A stretch of DNA of 64,000 nt from SAR86 cluster bacterium AG-422-E19 (GCA_003213595.1 QCMR01000002.1:64015-128014); one strand, 5' to 3'. Positions 47,106-58,014 are shown, counted from the stretch's first letter. Notes: generated by a model from the sequence alone, not told the origin. Translations and numbers: made by a program.

Positions 47106-47453
47106 TTATCTGTATTTCGGATTGTCTATTTTAATTTTTTCTTCTGTAAGGTCATATAGAAAATCTACAAGACCTTTGTCTTCATGATCGAATTCTTCAT
47201 CTCTAATTTTTTGGGACAATTTTTCTATGGTGAACTCATTTTCTCCAATAAGGTTTGAGCCTAGCTCAGAAAATTTTTCATTTATATCTTCTCCAGTTTC
47301 AACCTCCCTCTTAACAATATTTAGGACATTTAAAACAATCTGAAATTTGAACTTTTTATTTGCTGGATAAGAATCCGATTTTATTTCGGCCTCGATGAAA
47401 TCAATTACTGCCTCTAAAAGTTCTTTAGAAGTTGGTCTGTCAAAAACACTCAT
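47106..47453 (-). CDS. small acidic helical protein coupled to the kinase (LvaB-like by size and position)
   Basis: 115 aa, with a 4-nt overlap with the phosphotransferase gene. I recognised no motif. Confidence 0.45.
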   Translation of the reverse strand: MSVFDRPTSKELLEAVIDFIEAEIKSDSYPANKKFKFQIVLNVLNIVKREVETGEDINEKFSELGSNLIGENEFTIEKLSQKIRDEEFDHEDKGLVDFLYDLTEEKIKIDNPKYR

Positions 47454-48412
47454 AAAAAATTTTTATGTTTAATCATATTCATTAAATCAAATTCCGTTTC
47501 GGATACTCTTCTACCAATCGCTGCTTTTTCTAGAGAATTAACCATTCCACTTAGATGAGCAAAAGTTTGCATCATGCAAATAACTCCCCAGCGTAATGAA
47601 CCATATAGCTGCCATATATCAAGCTGTGATTTATCAATTTTTATATCAGAATTGGATTCATAACCAGCGATAAGATCTTTAATATCGCCTAAACCACCTA
47701 CCCTTTTTTTGACATTACCAAATCTCCATGAGCGTACGCAAAGCCATCCAAGATCTTCCATAGGGTTGCCTATATGAGCTAACTCCCAATCAATAATAGA
47801 TTCTAAATTTTCTTCCGAGATAATGAAGTTTCCAAAACGAAAATCTCCATGAACTAAAACTTCTCCATAGTCTTTGAGTTCTTGGGCTTCAAGCCATTTG
47901 AAAGCTAAATCAAAGACTGGTTGTGGTTGCTTAAAACTTAGATATACCTGAAAGAGTTTTTCTAGAGAGTCTGAAAAGGTCACCTTATCAAGAGCTTTCA
48001 AATCTTCTAATTGTGTTTGATGAATTTTGGCTAGAGACTTGCCAATTTCAAAAGGAAGTTTTTCTCGAGCAGTTGCAAATTTTTCATCTCTAAGAATTTT
48101 ACGAGGAATAGTCTCTCCTGAAATTGCTTCCATGACATAACCCTCACCTATTTCTTTGCCTTCAGAAAACTCAAATATGATATCTGGTACAGGAGCTCCA
48201 TTTTTTTTAACAACTTTTTGTATTTTTGCTTCTAAGATTTTTGGAATTGCCATAACGGATTTTTCCTGCGAAAGAGTTCTTCTAACGATCAGTTCATCTT
48301 CATTAGCAAGAACAATACGATTGATATCTGCAGAAGCTCCTCCTGTGAGAGGAATCAGTTGCTTAATTTTTTGCTGCAGAGAATTTTCTAAAAATTCCTG
48401 AAAGTCTGACAT
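47450..48412 (-). CDS. phosphotransferase (APH/choline-kinase fold), LvaA / ACAD10-11 kinase-domain-like
   Basis: Catalytic VHGDFRFGNFI and IIDWELAHIGNPMEDL. Confidence 0.8.
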   Translation of the reverse strand: MSDFQEFLENSLQQKIKQLIPLTGGASADINRIVLANEDELIVRRTLSQEKSVMAIPKILEAKIQKVVKKNGAPVPDIIFEFSEGKEIGEGYVMEAISGETIPRKILRDEKFATAREKLPFEIGKSLAKIHQTQLEDLKALDKVTFSDSLEKLFQVYLSFKQPQPVFDLAFKWLEAQELKDYGEVLVHGDFRFGNFIISEENLESIIDWELAHIGNPMEDLGWLCVRSWRFGNVKKRVGGLGDIKDLIAGYESNSDIKIDKSQLDIWQLYGSLRWGVICMMQTFAHLSGMVNSLEKAAIGRRVSETEFDLMNMIKHKNFL

Positions 48413-48413
48413 C

Positions 48414-49613
48414 TTAAGATACTAGGGATGCATCTCGCTCGCCAAAATCCCACCCAGGACCATTATTTTCGTAGTTCTTAAGAATACGTCTAGCAACGGA
48501 TTGGACATGAACTTCATCAGGACCATCGTAAATTCTTGCTTCCCTAGCATGTCTATACATAAGACTTAATGGAGTATCGTCAGTGAGTCCTTTCGCACCA
48601 TGAACTTGGATGGCTCGATCTATGACATTGTGTAGCATCTCTGCCCCAACCACTTTAATCAAACCAATTTCAATCCTCGCATCATCTCCCTGGTCAATTC
48701 TTTTAGCAGCATCAAGGGTCAAGTGACGAGAAGCTTGAATTTCACAAGCACTATCGAAAACAAATTTTTGCAGCAGTTGTTTTTTTGTTAAAGGAGTACC
48801 GAAAGTCTCTCTTTCGTGCATTCTTTCACAAAGCAGGTCAAAAGCTCTTTGAGCTTGACCTAACCAGCGCATGCAATGAAAAATTCTTCCAGGCCCAAGT
48901 CGTTTTTGTGCAATGATGAATCCTTGTCCTCTTGGACCTAATAAATTTTCCTCAGGAACTTCGACGTTGTCATATTTAACTTCGTAGTGTCCACCATTAA
49001 TGCCAAGTACAGGAGTTTCTCGAACAATTTTATAACCTGGGTTATCTGTTGGAACAATGATCATGCTGAAAGCACCATGACTAGGAGCGTCTAATTCGGT
49101 TCGACACATCACTGTAGTGTAAGCAGCTCTGGCAGCTCCAGTGGTAAACCATTTTGTGCCATTTATTTTCCACGTACCATTATCAAGGATAGCTGTGGTT
49201 TGTAATTGGGTAGGATCAGAACTTGCAACATCAGGCTCAGTCATACCAAAACTTGGAAAGATTTCTCCTTGAACTAATGGTTCGAGATATTGATCGCGCC
49301 AATGTGGGGATGCAAATTCTCGAAGCATTATTGAATCTTGTAGAGAATGTGTACCCAATGCCACCATGGCAAAAGAAGATCTACCAATGACCTCATTTAC
49401 ATATACGTATTCCATAAAAGGCATCCCGCCTCCACCAATATCTTCTGGGTGTCCCAATGCCCAAATTTTTTCATCCTTTGCCAATTGCATTAATGAACCA
49501 AGCATTTCTCGTGCCTCGGGTGTACCCTTAGCTAGCTCAGTTTCTTTAGGATAAATTTCACTTTCAATGAAATCTTTTACTTTTGCTCTAATTTTTGTCC
49601 AATCTTTACTCAT
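48414..49613 (-). CDS. acyl-CoA dehydrogenase family protein, ACAD10/11 (LvaC/FadE2)-like
   Basis: ACAD N, middle and C domains are present: GMTEPDVASSDP, RLGPGRIFHCMR and IYDGPDEVH. Confidence 0.88.
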   Translation of the reverse strand: MSKDWTKIRAKVKDFIESEIYPKETELAKGTPEAREMLGSLMQLAKDEKIWALGHPEDIGGGGMPFMEYVYVNEVIGRSSFAMVALGTHSLQDSIMLREFASPHWRDQYLEPLVQGEIFPSFGMTEPDVASSDPTQLQTTAILDNGTWKINGTKWFTTGAARAAYTTVMCRTELDAPSHGAFSMIIVPTDNPGYKIVRETPVLGINGGHYEVKYDNVEVPEENLLGPRGQGFIIAQKRLGPGRIFHCMRWLGQAQRAFDLLCERMHERETFGTPLTKKQLLQKFVFDSACEIQASRHLTLDAAKRIDQGDDARIEIGLIKVVGAEMLHNVIDRAIQVHGAKGLTDDTPLSLMYRHAREARIYDGPDEVHVQSVARRILKNYENNGPGWDFGERDASLVS

Positions 49614-49618
49614 AATTC

Positions 49619-51073
49619 TTATTTATTTTTTAGTTGAGGAAATAATAAAACATCTCGAATAGATTCGGTACCAGTAATTAACATGGTTAATCGATCTATG
49701 CCAATACCAACTCCGGCACACGGTGCTAAACCATGCTCTAGGGCTTCGATGTAATCTTTATCAAAATGCATCGCTTCATTATCACCTGAATCCTTTTTAG
49801 CAACTTGATCTCTGAAACGTTCTGCTTGCTCTTCAGGATCGTTTAACTCAGAAAAGCCATTCGCTATCTCTTTACCGTCTATAAAAAGTTCAAATCTTTC
49901 TGCCACCTCAGGATTCACAGTCGAAGCTCTCGCTAAAGGTGAAACTTCAATTGGATATTCAGTAATAAAGGTAGGCTCTATGAGTTTCTCTTCGACCAAT
50001 GCTTCAAATATTTCGTTTTTTATGATCGCTAATGAACCCTTAATATTCGTCTTTATTTTTTCTGCCTTGCAAAATTCCTTGAGCTTCTTGGCATCGCTTA
50101 AGTCTTTTTTCTTCAGAGAAGTAAATTGCAATATTGCCTCATCCATAGTTAATTTGTGGAAAGCTTTTTTGAAAATATTTGTTTTTTGAGGCATAGATTT
50201 TGTAATTGCTTTGAACATCTTCTCTACAAAGTTAATTTGAAAGTCACTATCAACATATGCGGTATAAAATTCCAACATAGTGAATTCTGGATTATGTCGA
50301 GTTGAAAGCCCTTCATTTCTGAAATTTCTATTGATCTCAAACACTTTTTCAAATCCGCCAACAACCAATCTTTTCAAATATAATTCTGGTGCAACTCTTA
50401 AAAATAAATCCATATTCAAAGAGTTATGATGCGTAACAAAAGGCCTTGCTGTAGCTCCTCCTGGAATGGGATGCATCATAGGAGTCTCAACTTCAATAAA
50501 GTCATCAGCCAGCAGAAAAGCTCTAATATTGCTTATTATTTCTGCTCTGGTTTTGAAGACTTCTAAACTCTCTGGATTGGTCAATAAGTCCAGGTAGCGT
50601 TTACGATAACGTATTTCGGTATCAGTTAAACCTAAGTGTTTTTCTGGTAATGGTCTTAAGGATTTAGTTAAGAGTTTTAATTTTTTGACATGTATCGAGA
50701 GTTCACCGGTATTTGTTTTAAATACTGTGCCTTCTGCACCGACAATATCCCCTAAGTCATAATTTTTAAATTCATCGTAATTCGAAATTTCATCAGCTCT
50801 GATGTAAAGCTGAATTCTTCCAGAAAAATCTTGAATGGTTGTAAAACTTGCCTTGCCCATCATTCTTCTCAGCATGATGCGTCCAGCAACTACTCCTTTT
50901 GTCTTCTTCTTTTCCAATTCTTCTTTGGAAAACTCATCAAACTCGTTTTTTAACTCTTGAGCTAAATGTTTTCTTTTGAAATCGTTTGGAAAAGCTTTGT
51001 TAGCTTCTCTAAGCTCAGCAAGTTTCTTTCGCCTTTCTTCAATTAAATGATTTTCTTCTTTATCTTGAGACAT
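49619..51073 (-). CDS. lysS: lysine--tRNA ligase, class II
   Basis: OB anticodon-binding domain plus class II motifs (FRNEG, GIGIDRL). It lies downstream of prfB, as in E. coli. Confidence 0.95.
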   Translation of the reverse strand: MSQDKEENHLIEERRKKLAELREANKAFPNDFKRKHLAQELKNEFDEFSKEELEKKKTKGVVAGRIMLRRMMGKASFTTIQDFSGRIQLYIRADEISNYDEFKNYDLGDIVGAEGTVFKTNTGELSIHVKKLKLLTKSLRPLPEKHLGLTDTEIRYRKRYLDLLTNPESLEVFKTRAEIISNIRAFLLADDFIEVETPMMHPIPGGATARPFVTHHNSLNMDLFLRVAPELYLKRLVVGGFEKVFEINRNFRNEGLSTRHNPEFTMLEFYTAYVDSDFQINFVEKMFKAITKSMPQKTNIFKKAFHKLTMDEAILQFTSLKKKDLSDAKKLKEFCKAEKIKTNIKGSLAIIKNEIFEALVEEKLIEPTFITEYPIEVSPLARASTVNPEVAERFELFIDGKEIANGFSELNDPEEQAERFRDQVAKKDSGDNEAMHFDKDYIEALEHGLAPCAGVGIGIDRLTMLITGTESIRDVLLFPQLKNK

Positions 51074-52162
51074 TATTCAATTCCCTGCTTTAAACTGGCT
51101 TCAATAAATAAGTCTAAATTACCATCCAGTACATCGTTGCAGTTTCCTGTTTCTACGCCTGTTCTGAGGTCTTTAATTCTTGCCGAATCTAATACGTAAG
51201 ATCTAATTTGACTTCCCCAACCGATATCTGCCTTTGATGCTTCTAAATTTTCCATTTCTTGCTGTTGCTTTTTTAATTCTATCTCAAAGAGCTTTGCACG
51301 TAACTGCTTCATCGCACTATCTTTGTTTTTATGTTGAGATCTTTGTGTTTGGCACTGCACCACTACTCCTGATGGAATATGAGTCAAACGCACTGCCGAA
51401 TCTGTTTTATTGACGTGTTGGCCACCTGCACCGCTGGCTCGATAGGTATCGATTCGAATGTCTGCGGGATTTAAATCTATTTGAATATCATCATCTACTT
51501 CTGGCGATACAAAAATTGATGCAAAAGAGGTATGGCGACGATTTCCAGAATCGAAAGGTGACTTTCTAACCAGTCGATGAACACCTGATTCTGTTCTAAG
51601 CCAGCCATAAGCAAACTCACCTTCAACTTTAATCGTAGCGCTTTTAATTCCTGCAACTTCTCCTGGAGAGACTTCAATTAGTTCGGTTTTAAAACCCTTG
51701 TTTTCGCCCCATCTCAAATACATCCGTAAAAGCATTTCTGCCCAATCCTGAGCTTCCGTGCCCCCCGAACCAGACTGAATATCAAGATAAGTATTTGCTT
51801 GATCCATCTTTCCTGAAAACATTCTACGGAACTCCAAATCCGCAATTTTTTCTTCAACATTAAAAAGCTCCTCTTTTAATTGGTTTGCTTCTGATTCATC
51901 TTCGCTTAGCTCAAATAATTCATTCAGATCTTCTACAGAGCTATTTAATCCTTCTAACAAATCAACGAGTTTTTCTAAGGAAGCTTTTTCCTTGCCTAAT
52001 TTCTGACTTTCTTCTTGATTGGACCAAACATCAGGGTCTTGAAGTCTGGTGTTGATTTCGTCTAAGCGTTTTTTCTTTTCTTCAAAGTCAAAGGTACCCC
52101 CTAAGCTCAGCTAGAGACTTAGCAGCAACTTTGATTCTTTCTCCTAAAGACAGTTCAACCAT
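51073..52162 (-). CDS. prfB: peptide chain release factor 2, requires programmed +1 frameshift
   Basis: Frame 0: [24 protein letters not shown], then an in-frame TGA. The +1 frame continues [16 protein letters not shown]... into track ORF 51073-51960, which carries SPF and GGQHVN. Confidence 0.95.
52087..52102 (-). promoter_or_regulatory. prfB programmed +1 frameshift site
   Basis: The minus strand reads AGGGGG TAC CTT TGA C. This is an internal SD-like element followed by the CUU UGA C shift site, near-identical to the E. coli prfB site. Confidence 0.9.
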
Positions 52163-53548
52163 TTAATTAAGAACCTCTGAATTAAGATAATTATTCAGGT
52201 CCTCAAAATTATTTTCAAGCACTGAAAAAGTTTCTTCTTTAGTCATAATTTCCTTCAAAGAGCATGGAGTATTTTCATCTAAAATATCCAATTCTTTATT
52301 TATTGCATCTGGAAATTTAGCTGGATGAGCAGTAGCAAAGGTTACAAGCTCCGAAGGATCAAGATTGAGATCTTTGTTTCCCTTTATTGCTGTTGCAGTA
52401 TGAGGATCAAACAAAATACTTTCTGTTTCAAAGCTTTTTACAATTGTTTCAACAATTTCTTTGTCATCACAAGTAGAGCTTTGAAAAAAAGCTTTCACTT
52501 CTTGCCAGATTTCGTCGGATTGATTGAAATCTATAGCTTTTGCCGGAAATGATGAGAAAGTGTCGCTAAGCTTGGCGCCATTTTTTTTGTAAATCTCAAA
52601 CAATAACCTTTCAAAATTACTCGCCACAGAGATGTCCATAGATGGAGCAAGCGAAGCAGATGTTTCTTTTTTTTGATATACATCATCAGAGAAAAGTCTA
52701 TGCAAAACATCATTTTTGTTGGTTGCAATATTGATTCCTTTAAATGAAAGACCCATATTTTTTGCCGTCCAGCCAGCATACGCATGTCCAAAATTTCCAG
52801 AAGGAATAGAAGCTATAAAATCTTTTTTTAGTTGAAGTTTTGTGGAAAAAAAATAGACGCTTTGTGCCATGATTCTTGTCCAATTAATTGAATTAATTGA
52901 TACAAACTTAACCTCTTCATTGTTGTTCTCCATAAACATTTTTTTTACGTAATTTTGACAATCATCAAAATCACCCTTTACAGCCAAAGGAAATACATTT
53001 TTTGCATTTGAAGTTGTCATTTGTCTTTGTTGAACGGGGGATATCTTTTGATGAGGAAATAAAATAGCAATATCAATGTCTTTAAATTTTTTACATGCCT
53101 CTATAGCAGCAGAGCCTGTATCGCCTGAAGTAGCTCCAAGAACAACGATTTTCTTATCTGTTTTTTCGGCAGCTTTATCCAATAAAGCCGCCAACAATTG
53201 CATAGCTACATCTTTGAAAGCAAAAGTTGGGCCATGGAACAGTTCAAGGACATAACCAATGTTTTTTGTTTCAACTAACTTTACAACTTCAGGAATAGTA
53301 AAAGACTCATAAGCATTTTTTACAACTTGCTCAAAGTCATCTTTTGATAAAAAACCTTCAACGTATGGATGCAAAAGATGCGAAGCCAGATCTTGATAGC
53401 TTGCGGTCTCAAAATCAGCAATTTCTTCTTTGGAAAACTTGGGAAAATTTTCTGGCACATATAATCCACCGTCTTTTGCCGTACCTGACGTTAGCACATC
53501 AATAAAGTTTAGTGCTTCTGAATTTCCTCTAGTACTGAAGTATTTCAT
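52163..53548 (-). CDS. thrC: threonine synthase
   Basis: FHGPTFAFKD PLP-lysine motif. The 461-aa length indicates the long form. Confidence 0.9.
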   Translation of the reverse strand: MKYFSTRGNSEALNFIDVLTSGTAKDGGLYVPENFPKFSKEEIADFETASYQDLASHLLHPYVEGFLSKDDFEQVVKNAYESFTIPEVVKLVETKNIGYVLELFHGPTFAFKDVAMQLLAALLDKAAEKTDKKIVVLGATSGDTGSAAIEACKKFKDIDIAILFPHQKISPVQQRQMTTSNAKNVFPLAVKGDFDDCQNYVKKMFMENNNEEVKFVSINSINWTRIMAQSVYFFSTKLQLKKDFIASIPSGNFGHAYAGWTAKNMGLSFKGINIATNKNDVLHRLFSDDVYQKKETSASLAPSMDISVASNFERLLFEIYKKNGAKLSDTFSSFPAKAIDFNQSDEIWQEVKAFFQSSTCDDKEIVETIVKSFETESILFDPHTATAIKGNKDLNLDPSELVTFATAHPAKFPDAINKELDILDENTPCSLKEIMTKEETFSVLENNFEDLNNYLNSEVLN

Positions 53549-53549
53549 T

Positions 53550-54818
53550 TTAGATATCTAAAATCCTAATATGAGTTAGGGGTCCTAAAACCTCATCTAA
53601 ACCTTCCAATTCTTTGATAGTCTTTTGGATAGTCGTTTCATCAGAGTTGCTCAGTACAATAACCAAGGGTATTTGATCGTCACTTCTTTCTAAATCCTTT
53701 TGAATAAGATTATCAATTGAGAGATTGTTCTTCGCCAACAAAGTAGAAATTTTTGCGACTACTCCAGGTTTGTCATTTACTTGAAGTTTTAGGTAGCGAT
53801 CACACGAGAAATTATCAAAACTCGAAGAAAGGTTTTGTTCTACAAATTTTCCATAATCGAAAATTTTTCCTCGTGCTATATCAATAACGTCTGATAAGAC
53901 CGAATTGGCAGTTGGCTTAGCTCCTGCACCTGGTCCAGAATACATCGTTCCACCAACATTTTCAGCATTTACAAGCACTGCGTTATTTTCATTTTGAATT
54001 GAAGCCAAAAGCGAGTCTGTTTTTACAAAAGCAGGAAAACTACCAAGAGAAATCTGGTCTTTGTTTTGTATGCCAACTGATAAAGGCTTCAAAATAAAAT
54101 TCAATTGCTTGCCATAATCTATGTCATCAGGAGAGATTTTATCGATTCCTTCAAAATAAACATTTTCCATTGAGGAGTTTTGAAAAAAAGAAAGTGTCGC
54201 TAGGATACTTGTTTTTTGAGCAGCATCTTGACCGGAAATATCAAAACTAGGGTCGGGTTCAGCAAAACCTTCCTTTTGAGCCAAAGTCAATGCAGCATCA
54301 AAAGAAAACTTTTCGTCAGCCATTTTAGAAAAAATAAAATTGGAAGTACCATTTAATATTCCTGCAAAGGAATTTATCTGATTACTAATTAAACCATCTC
54401 TAATGGTTCTAATTATTGGAATACCACCAGCTACGGAAGCCTCAAAACCGATGTGAACCTTATTTTCCTTTGCCAATTTAAAAAGTTCTTTTGAATGAGC
54501 TGCAATAAGAGCTTTATTTGCCGTGACAAAATGTTTTTTATTTTTAAGTGCTGAAATAGCTAATTTATAAGCGTCTTCAATCCCGCCAATCAACTCCACA
54601 ACAACATCAACATCATCTGACTTCGCAACTTCTTGAATATCTGTAATAACTGAAATATCAGAGACCCCGGGTACCTTGCCTTTTCTTGCACCAATCAAAG
54701 ATATTGAAATGTTCAAACCATAATTTTGATTTATAAGAGATTCCGAAGAAACGATACTTTCAATAAAAGCTGAGCCGACATTTCCAGTGCCGCATAAACC
54801 TATTTTTAAATTTGTCAT
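53550..54818 (-). CDS. hom: homoserine dehydrogenase with ACT domain
   Basis: GLCGTGNVGS NAD-binding motif, a catalytic domain, and a C-terminal ACT-like region. It is adjacent to thrC. Confidence 0.9.
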   Translation of the reverse strand: MTNLKIGLCGTGNVGSAFIESIVSSESLINQNYGLNISISLIGARKGKVPGVSDISVITDIQEVAKSDDVDVVVELIGGIEDAYKLAISALKNKKHFVTANKALIAAHSKELFKLAKENKVHIGFEASVAGGIPIIRTIRDGLISNQINSFAGILNGTSNFIFSKMADEKFSFDAALTLAQKEGFAEPDPSFDISGQDAAQKTSILATLSFFQNSSMENVYFEGIDKISPDDIDYGKQLNFILKPLSVGIQNKDQISLGSFPAFVKTDSLLASIQNENNAVLVNAENVGGTMYSGPGAGAKPTANSVLSDVIDIARGKIFDYGKFVEQNLSSSFDNFSCDRYLKLQVNDKPGVVAKISTLLAKNNLSIDNLIQKDLERSDDQIPLVIVLSNSDETTIQKTIKELEGLDEVLGPLTHIRILDI

Positions 54819-55996
54819 TATAGATACTCTTTGAAGGCTTTTTTTATACCTCTGACTGCCTGGCTTGTTCTTTGTTCATTTTCAATCAAAGAAAATCTAA
54901 CAAAGTCATCTCCATACTCTCCAAAACCCAAACCTGGAGAAACAGCAACTTTAGCCTTTTCCAATAAGAATCTAGAAAATTCCATAGACTTCATTTCAAA
55001 CGATTCAGGGATTCTTGCCCAAACAAACATAGTTGCTTTGGGTTTTTCAATGCTCCAACCAAATGAATTCAAACCATCACAAAGTACATCTCTTCGGGAT
55101 TTATAAGTTTGGCAAATCTTTTCTACTTCTTTATCGCCATTATTCAAAGCTTCTATTCCAGCAACCTGAATGGGTGTGAAGTGACCGTAATCAAAATAAG
55201 ATTTTAATCTAGCTAACGCAGCTATAAGTTCTTTATTGCCACAACAAAAGCCTAAGCGCCAACCTGGCATATTGTAGCTTTTTGAAAGAGTATAAAACTC
55301 AACAGCAATATCTTTTGCCCCATCTACTTGAAGAATTGAAGGAGCTTCATAACCATCAAAACAAAGATCAGCATAAGCTAAGTCATGAACAACCCAAATG
55401 TTATGCTCTTTAGCAATAGCGATAACTTCTTTAAAAAAATCTAAATCTACGCAACTCGTTGTTGGGTTGCTTGGAAAATTAATGAGCAACATTTTAGGTT
55501 TTGGAAAAGAATTTTTTATTGCATCTTTTAAACTTTTAAAGAAATCAATGCCTGGTCCGATTGGTACGTGATGAATGTCCGCTCCAGCAATTACAAAACC
55601 AAAAGGATGTATTGGATAAGCTGGATTTGGTACCAAAATTACGTCTCCCTTATCCATTGTGGCAATGGCTAAATGACTCAAGCCTTCTTTAGAACCAAGA
55701 GTGGCTATTGCCTCTTCTTCCGGATCCAATGCAACATCAAATTTTCTGGCATACCAATCGGTTATAGCTTGTCTTAATTTAGGTATACCTTTTGATTGAG
55801 AGTAACGATGGGTATCGGGTCGCATGACAACCTCTTTAAGCTTCTCGACAATAAAATCAGGAGTTGCGCCGTCAGGATTTCCCATTCCAAAGTCAATAAT
55901 ATCCTCACCTCTTCTTCGAGCCGCCATTTTAAGTTGGCCAATTTCCTCGAAAACATAAGGAGGTAGTCGATCTATTGAAGAAAAGTTTTTATCCAT
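54818..55996 (-). CDS. alaC: class I/II aminotransferase, AlaC (glutamate-pyruvate)-like
   Basis: [39 protein letters not shown] is nearly identical in pattern to the E. coli AlaC N-terminus. The SKSYNM PLP-lysine motif is present. Confidence 0.85.
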   Translation of the reverse strand: MDKNFSSIDRLPPYVFEEIGQLKMAARRRGEDIIDFGMGNPDGATPDFIVEKLKEVVMRPDTHRYSQSKGIPKLRQAITDWYARKFDVALDPEEEAIATLGSKEGLSHLAIATMDKGDVILVPNPAYPIHPFGFVIAGADIHHVPIGPGIDFFKSLKDAIKNSFPKPKMLLINFPSNPTTSCVDLDFFKEVIAIAKEHNIWVVHDLAYADLCFDGYEAPSILQVDGAKDIAVEFYTLSKSYNMPGWRLGFCCGNKELIAALARLKSYFDYGHFTPIQVAGIEALNNGDKEVEKICQTYKSRRDVLCDGLNSFGWSIEKPKATMFVWARIPESFEMKSMEFSRFLLEKAKVAVSPGLGFGEYGDDFVRFSLIENEQRTSQAVRGIKKAFKEYL

Positions 55997-55998
55997 AG

Positions 55999-56709
55999 TT
56001 ATTTTTTTAAATAATTCAATATCTCCTCAGCAGAGTGATAACCTGCTAATAAGAAACCGTTCTCAAGAATTATAGTAGGAGTTCCTCTGGCATTAAATTC
56101 TTTGGCTAAATTATAATGTTTTGAAACAATTTTTTTAGTGCAATCATCGCTTTTGATAGTTTTTCCAAGTTTTAAATTCGTCAAACTTACTTGAGGATCG
56201 TTCGAACACCAGGCGGTCTTCATTTTTTGATAAGTCTCACTTTCCAAACCTTCTCTTGGATATGCTAGATAGTTAACTTGTACTCCATTTTCTAGATAGT
56301 TTGTGATTTCAGAATGCAATTTTCTACAATACCCACAATCAACATCAGTAAACACATAGATCTCTGTTTTCTTTTCTTTGGGCTCAAAGGTAATAAACTC
56401 ACTTGGATTTATTTCAAGTATTCTATTAATTCTTTTCTTAGAATCTCGCATGTCTGAAAAATTTATCAAAGAGTTTTTTTCGATTTGATAAAGATCGCCA
56501 TTGATGATGAATTCACCATCTGCTGTTACGTAAAATAAAGATCCGTCAGATAATTCAACCGAAAAAAAGTTTGAGGAATAAGTATCTTCAACTTTATCTA
56601 CAGATATCTCATCAGGAATAATTTCATTTAATTTTGCTTTTATTTCGTCTTTATCTAAAACAAAACTCTGCAAAGAAAATAACAAAACAATAAACCTAAA
56701 AATAATCAT
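55999..56709 (-). CDS. dsbC: thiol:disulfide interchange protein DsbC
   Basis: Signal peptide, dimerisation N-domain, and a CGYC active site in a thioredoxin fold. It lies next to xerD. Confidence 0.85.
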   Translation of the reverse strand: MIIFRFIVLLFSLQSFVLDKDEIKAKLNEIIPDEISVDKVEDTYSSNFFSVELSDGSLFYVTADGEFIINGDLYQIEKNSLINFSDMRDSKKRINRILEINPSEFITFEPKEKKTEIYVFTDVDCGYCRKLHSEITNYLENGVQVNYLAYPREGLESETYQKMKTAWCSNDPQVSLTNLKLGKTIKSDDCTKKIVSKHYNLAKEFNARGTPTIILENGFLLAGYHSAEEILNYLKK

Positions 56710-56712
56710 ATC

Positions 56713-57612
56713 CTAGCCTCGTGGGTGGTGCTCAGTATGAAGTCTTTTCAGTCGTTGTCTAGCAACCTCAGTGTAAATTTGCGTTGTATTTAAGTCGCTA
56801 TGTCCGAGTAAAAGTTGAACCACTCTTAAGTCAGCTCCATTATTTAAAAGGTGGGTTGCAAAAGCATGTCTAAGTACGTGAGGAGAAATTTTATCTGGCT
56901 CAAAACCTGAAGCTAAACAATAGTGTTTTATCCTGTGCCAAAAGGATTGACGAGTCATTCTTTGTCCTCTTGTTGATAAAAATAAAAAGTCAGAGTGTCT
57001 TTTATTAAGAAGATTTTTCCTTGAAGAGGAAATGTAGAGTTCTAATAAACCAATTAACTGATCGCCCATTGGCACCAATCTTTCTTTTTGGCCCTTTCCA
57101 ATTACTCTGATCACACCTTGGCGCAAGTTAAGATTTAGTAATTCTAAATTTGTTAATTCTGAAATTCTCAGCCCACAAGAATATAAAGTCTCGATCATGG
57201 TTTTATCTCTAAGTCCGATATCTGTCTTTTCATCAGGTGCAGCTAACAATGCTTCAACTTCTTTTTCTGATATGGATTTAGGAATGGACTTTAATAATTT
57301 TGGCGTTTCTACCTCGCTTGAAGGATCGTTTGGAATAATGGATTTAAAGACCAAATAGCGGAAGAAAGATTTTAATGAAGAAAGTTTTCTGGCAACTGTT
57401 TTACTGCCTAACCCTTTTTGAAAAAGAAAAGACAAATAAGATAGAATTTCTTTCTTGGAAGTATTTATATAACTAAGCTTATTTTTTTCAAGCCATGAGG
57501 AAAATTGCTCAAGATCACTTCTATATGAGTCTAATGTATTTTGACTCAATCCCTTTTCAATCCAAATATTATCGATAAAGGCATCAAGAATTTGCCTATC
57601 CGAGTCACTCAT
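56713..57612 (-). CDS. xerD: site-specific tyrosine recombinase XerD
   Basis: R..HxxR..Y catalytic set (HVLRHAFATHLL, LGHSDLNTTQIYT). The xerD-dsbC-hom-thrC synteny matches Pseudomonas. Confidence 0.9.
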   Translation of the reverse strand: MSDSDRQILDAFIDNIWIEKGLSQNTLDSYRSDLEQFSSWLEKNKLSYINTSKKEILSYLSFLFQKGLGSKTVARKLSSLKSFFRYLVFKSIIPNDPSSEVETPKLLKSIPKSISEKEVEALLAAPDEKTDIGLRDKTMIETLYSCGLRISELTNLELLNLNLRQGVIRVIGKGQKERLVPMGDQLIGLLELYISSSRKNLLNKRHSDFLFLSTRGQRMTRQSFWHRIKHYCLASGFEPDKISPHVLRHAFATHLLNNGADLRVVQLLLGHSDLNTTQIYTEVARQRLKRLHTEHHPRG

Positions 57613-57619
57613 TATGAGA

Positions 57620-57973
57620 TTATACTTTTTCTTTTATTCTTGCGGATCTTCCAGAACGTTCTCTTAAGTAATAAAGTTTAGATTGCCTAACCTTACCTTT
57701 CCTTTTAACTTTAATGGATTTTAATAATGGGCTGTGAGTTTGAAATGTTCTTTCAACGCCAACGCCACTGGAAATTTTTCTTATTGTAAAAGCAGAATTT
57801 AGACCTCTGTTTTTGATGCCAATTACTACACCTTCAAAAGGTTGAGTTCTCTCTCGGTCTCCTTCTTTAACTACTATCTCAACCATGACTGTATCCCCCT
57901 GATTGAAATCAGGGATGTTATCTTTAAGTTGTGCTGCCTCTACGACTTGGACAGATGTTCTTTTGCTGCTCAT
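57620..57973 (-). CDS. rplS: 50S ribosomal protein L19
   Basis: Canonical bL19 sequence, and the last gene of the rpsP operon. Confidence 0.95.
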   Translation of the reverse strand: MSSKRTSVQVVEAAQLKDNIPDFNQGDTVMVEIVVKEGDRERTQPFEGVVIGIKNRGLNSAFTIRKISSGVGVERTFQTHSPLLKSIKVKRKGKVRQSKLYYLRERSGRSARIKEKV

Positions 57974-58014
57974 TTCTGTTACTGCTTATTTACAAGGAAA
58001 AGAATTCTATCAGA

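Noticed and set aside
56713-57612. Tyrosine recombinase as the integrase of a mobile island
   Set aside because: It lies in housekeeping xerD-dsbC-hom-thrC synteny. No att-like repeats, flanking tRNA target or cargo genes are present.
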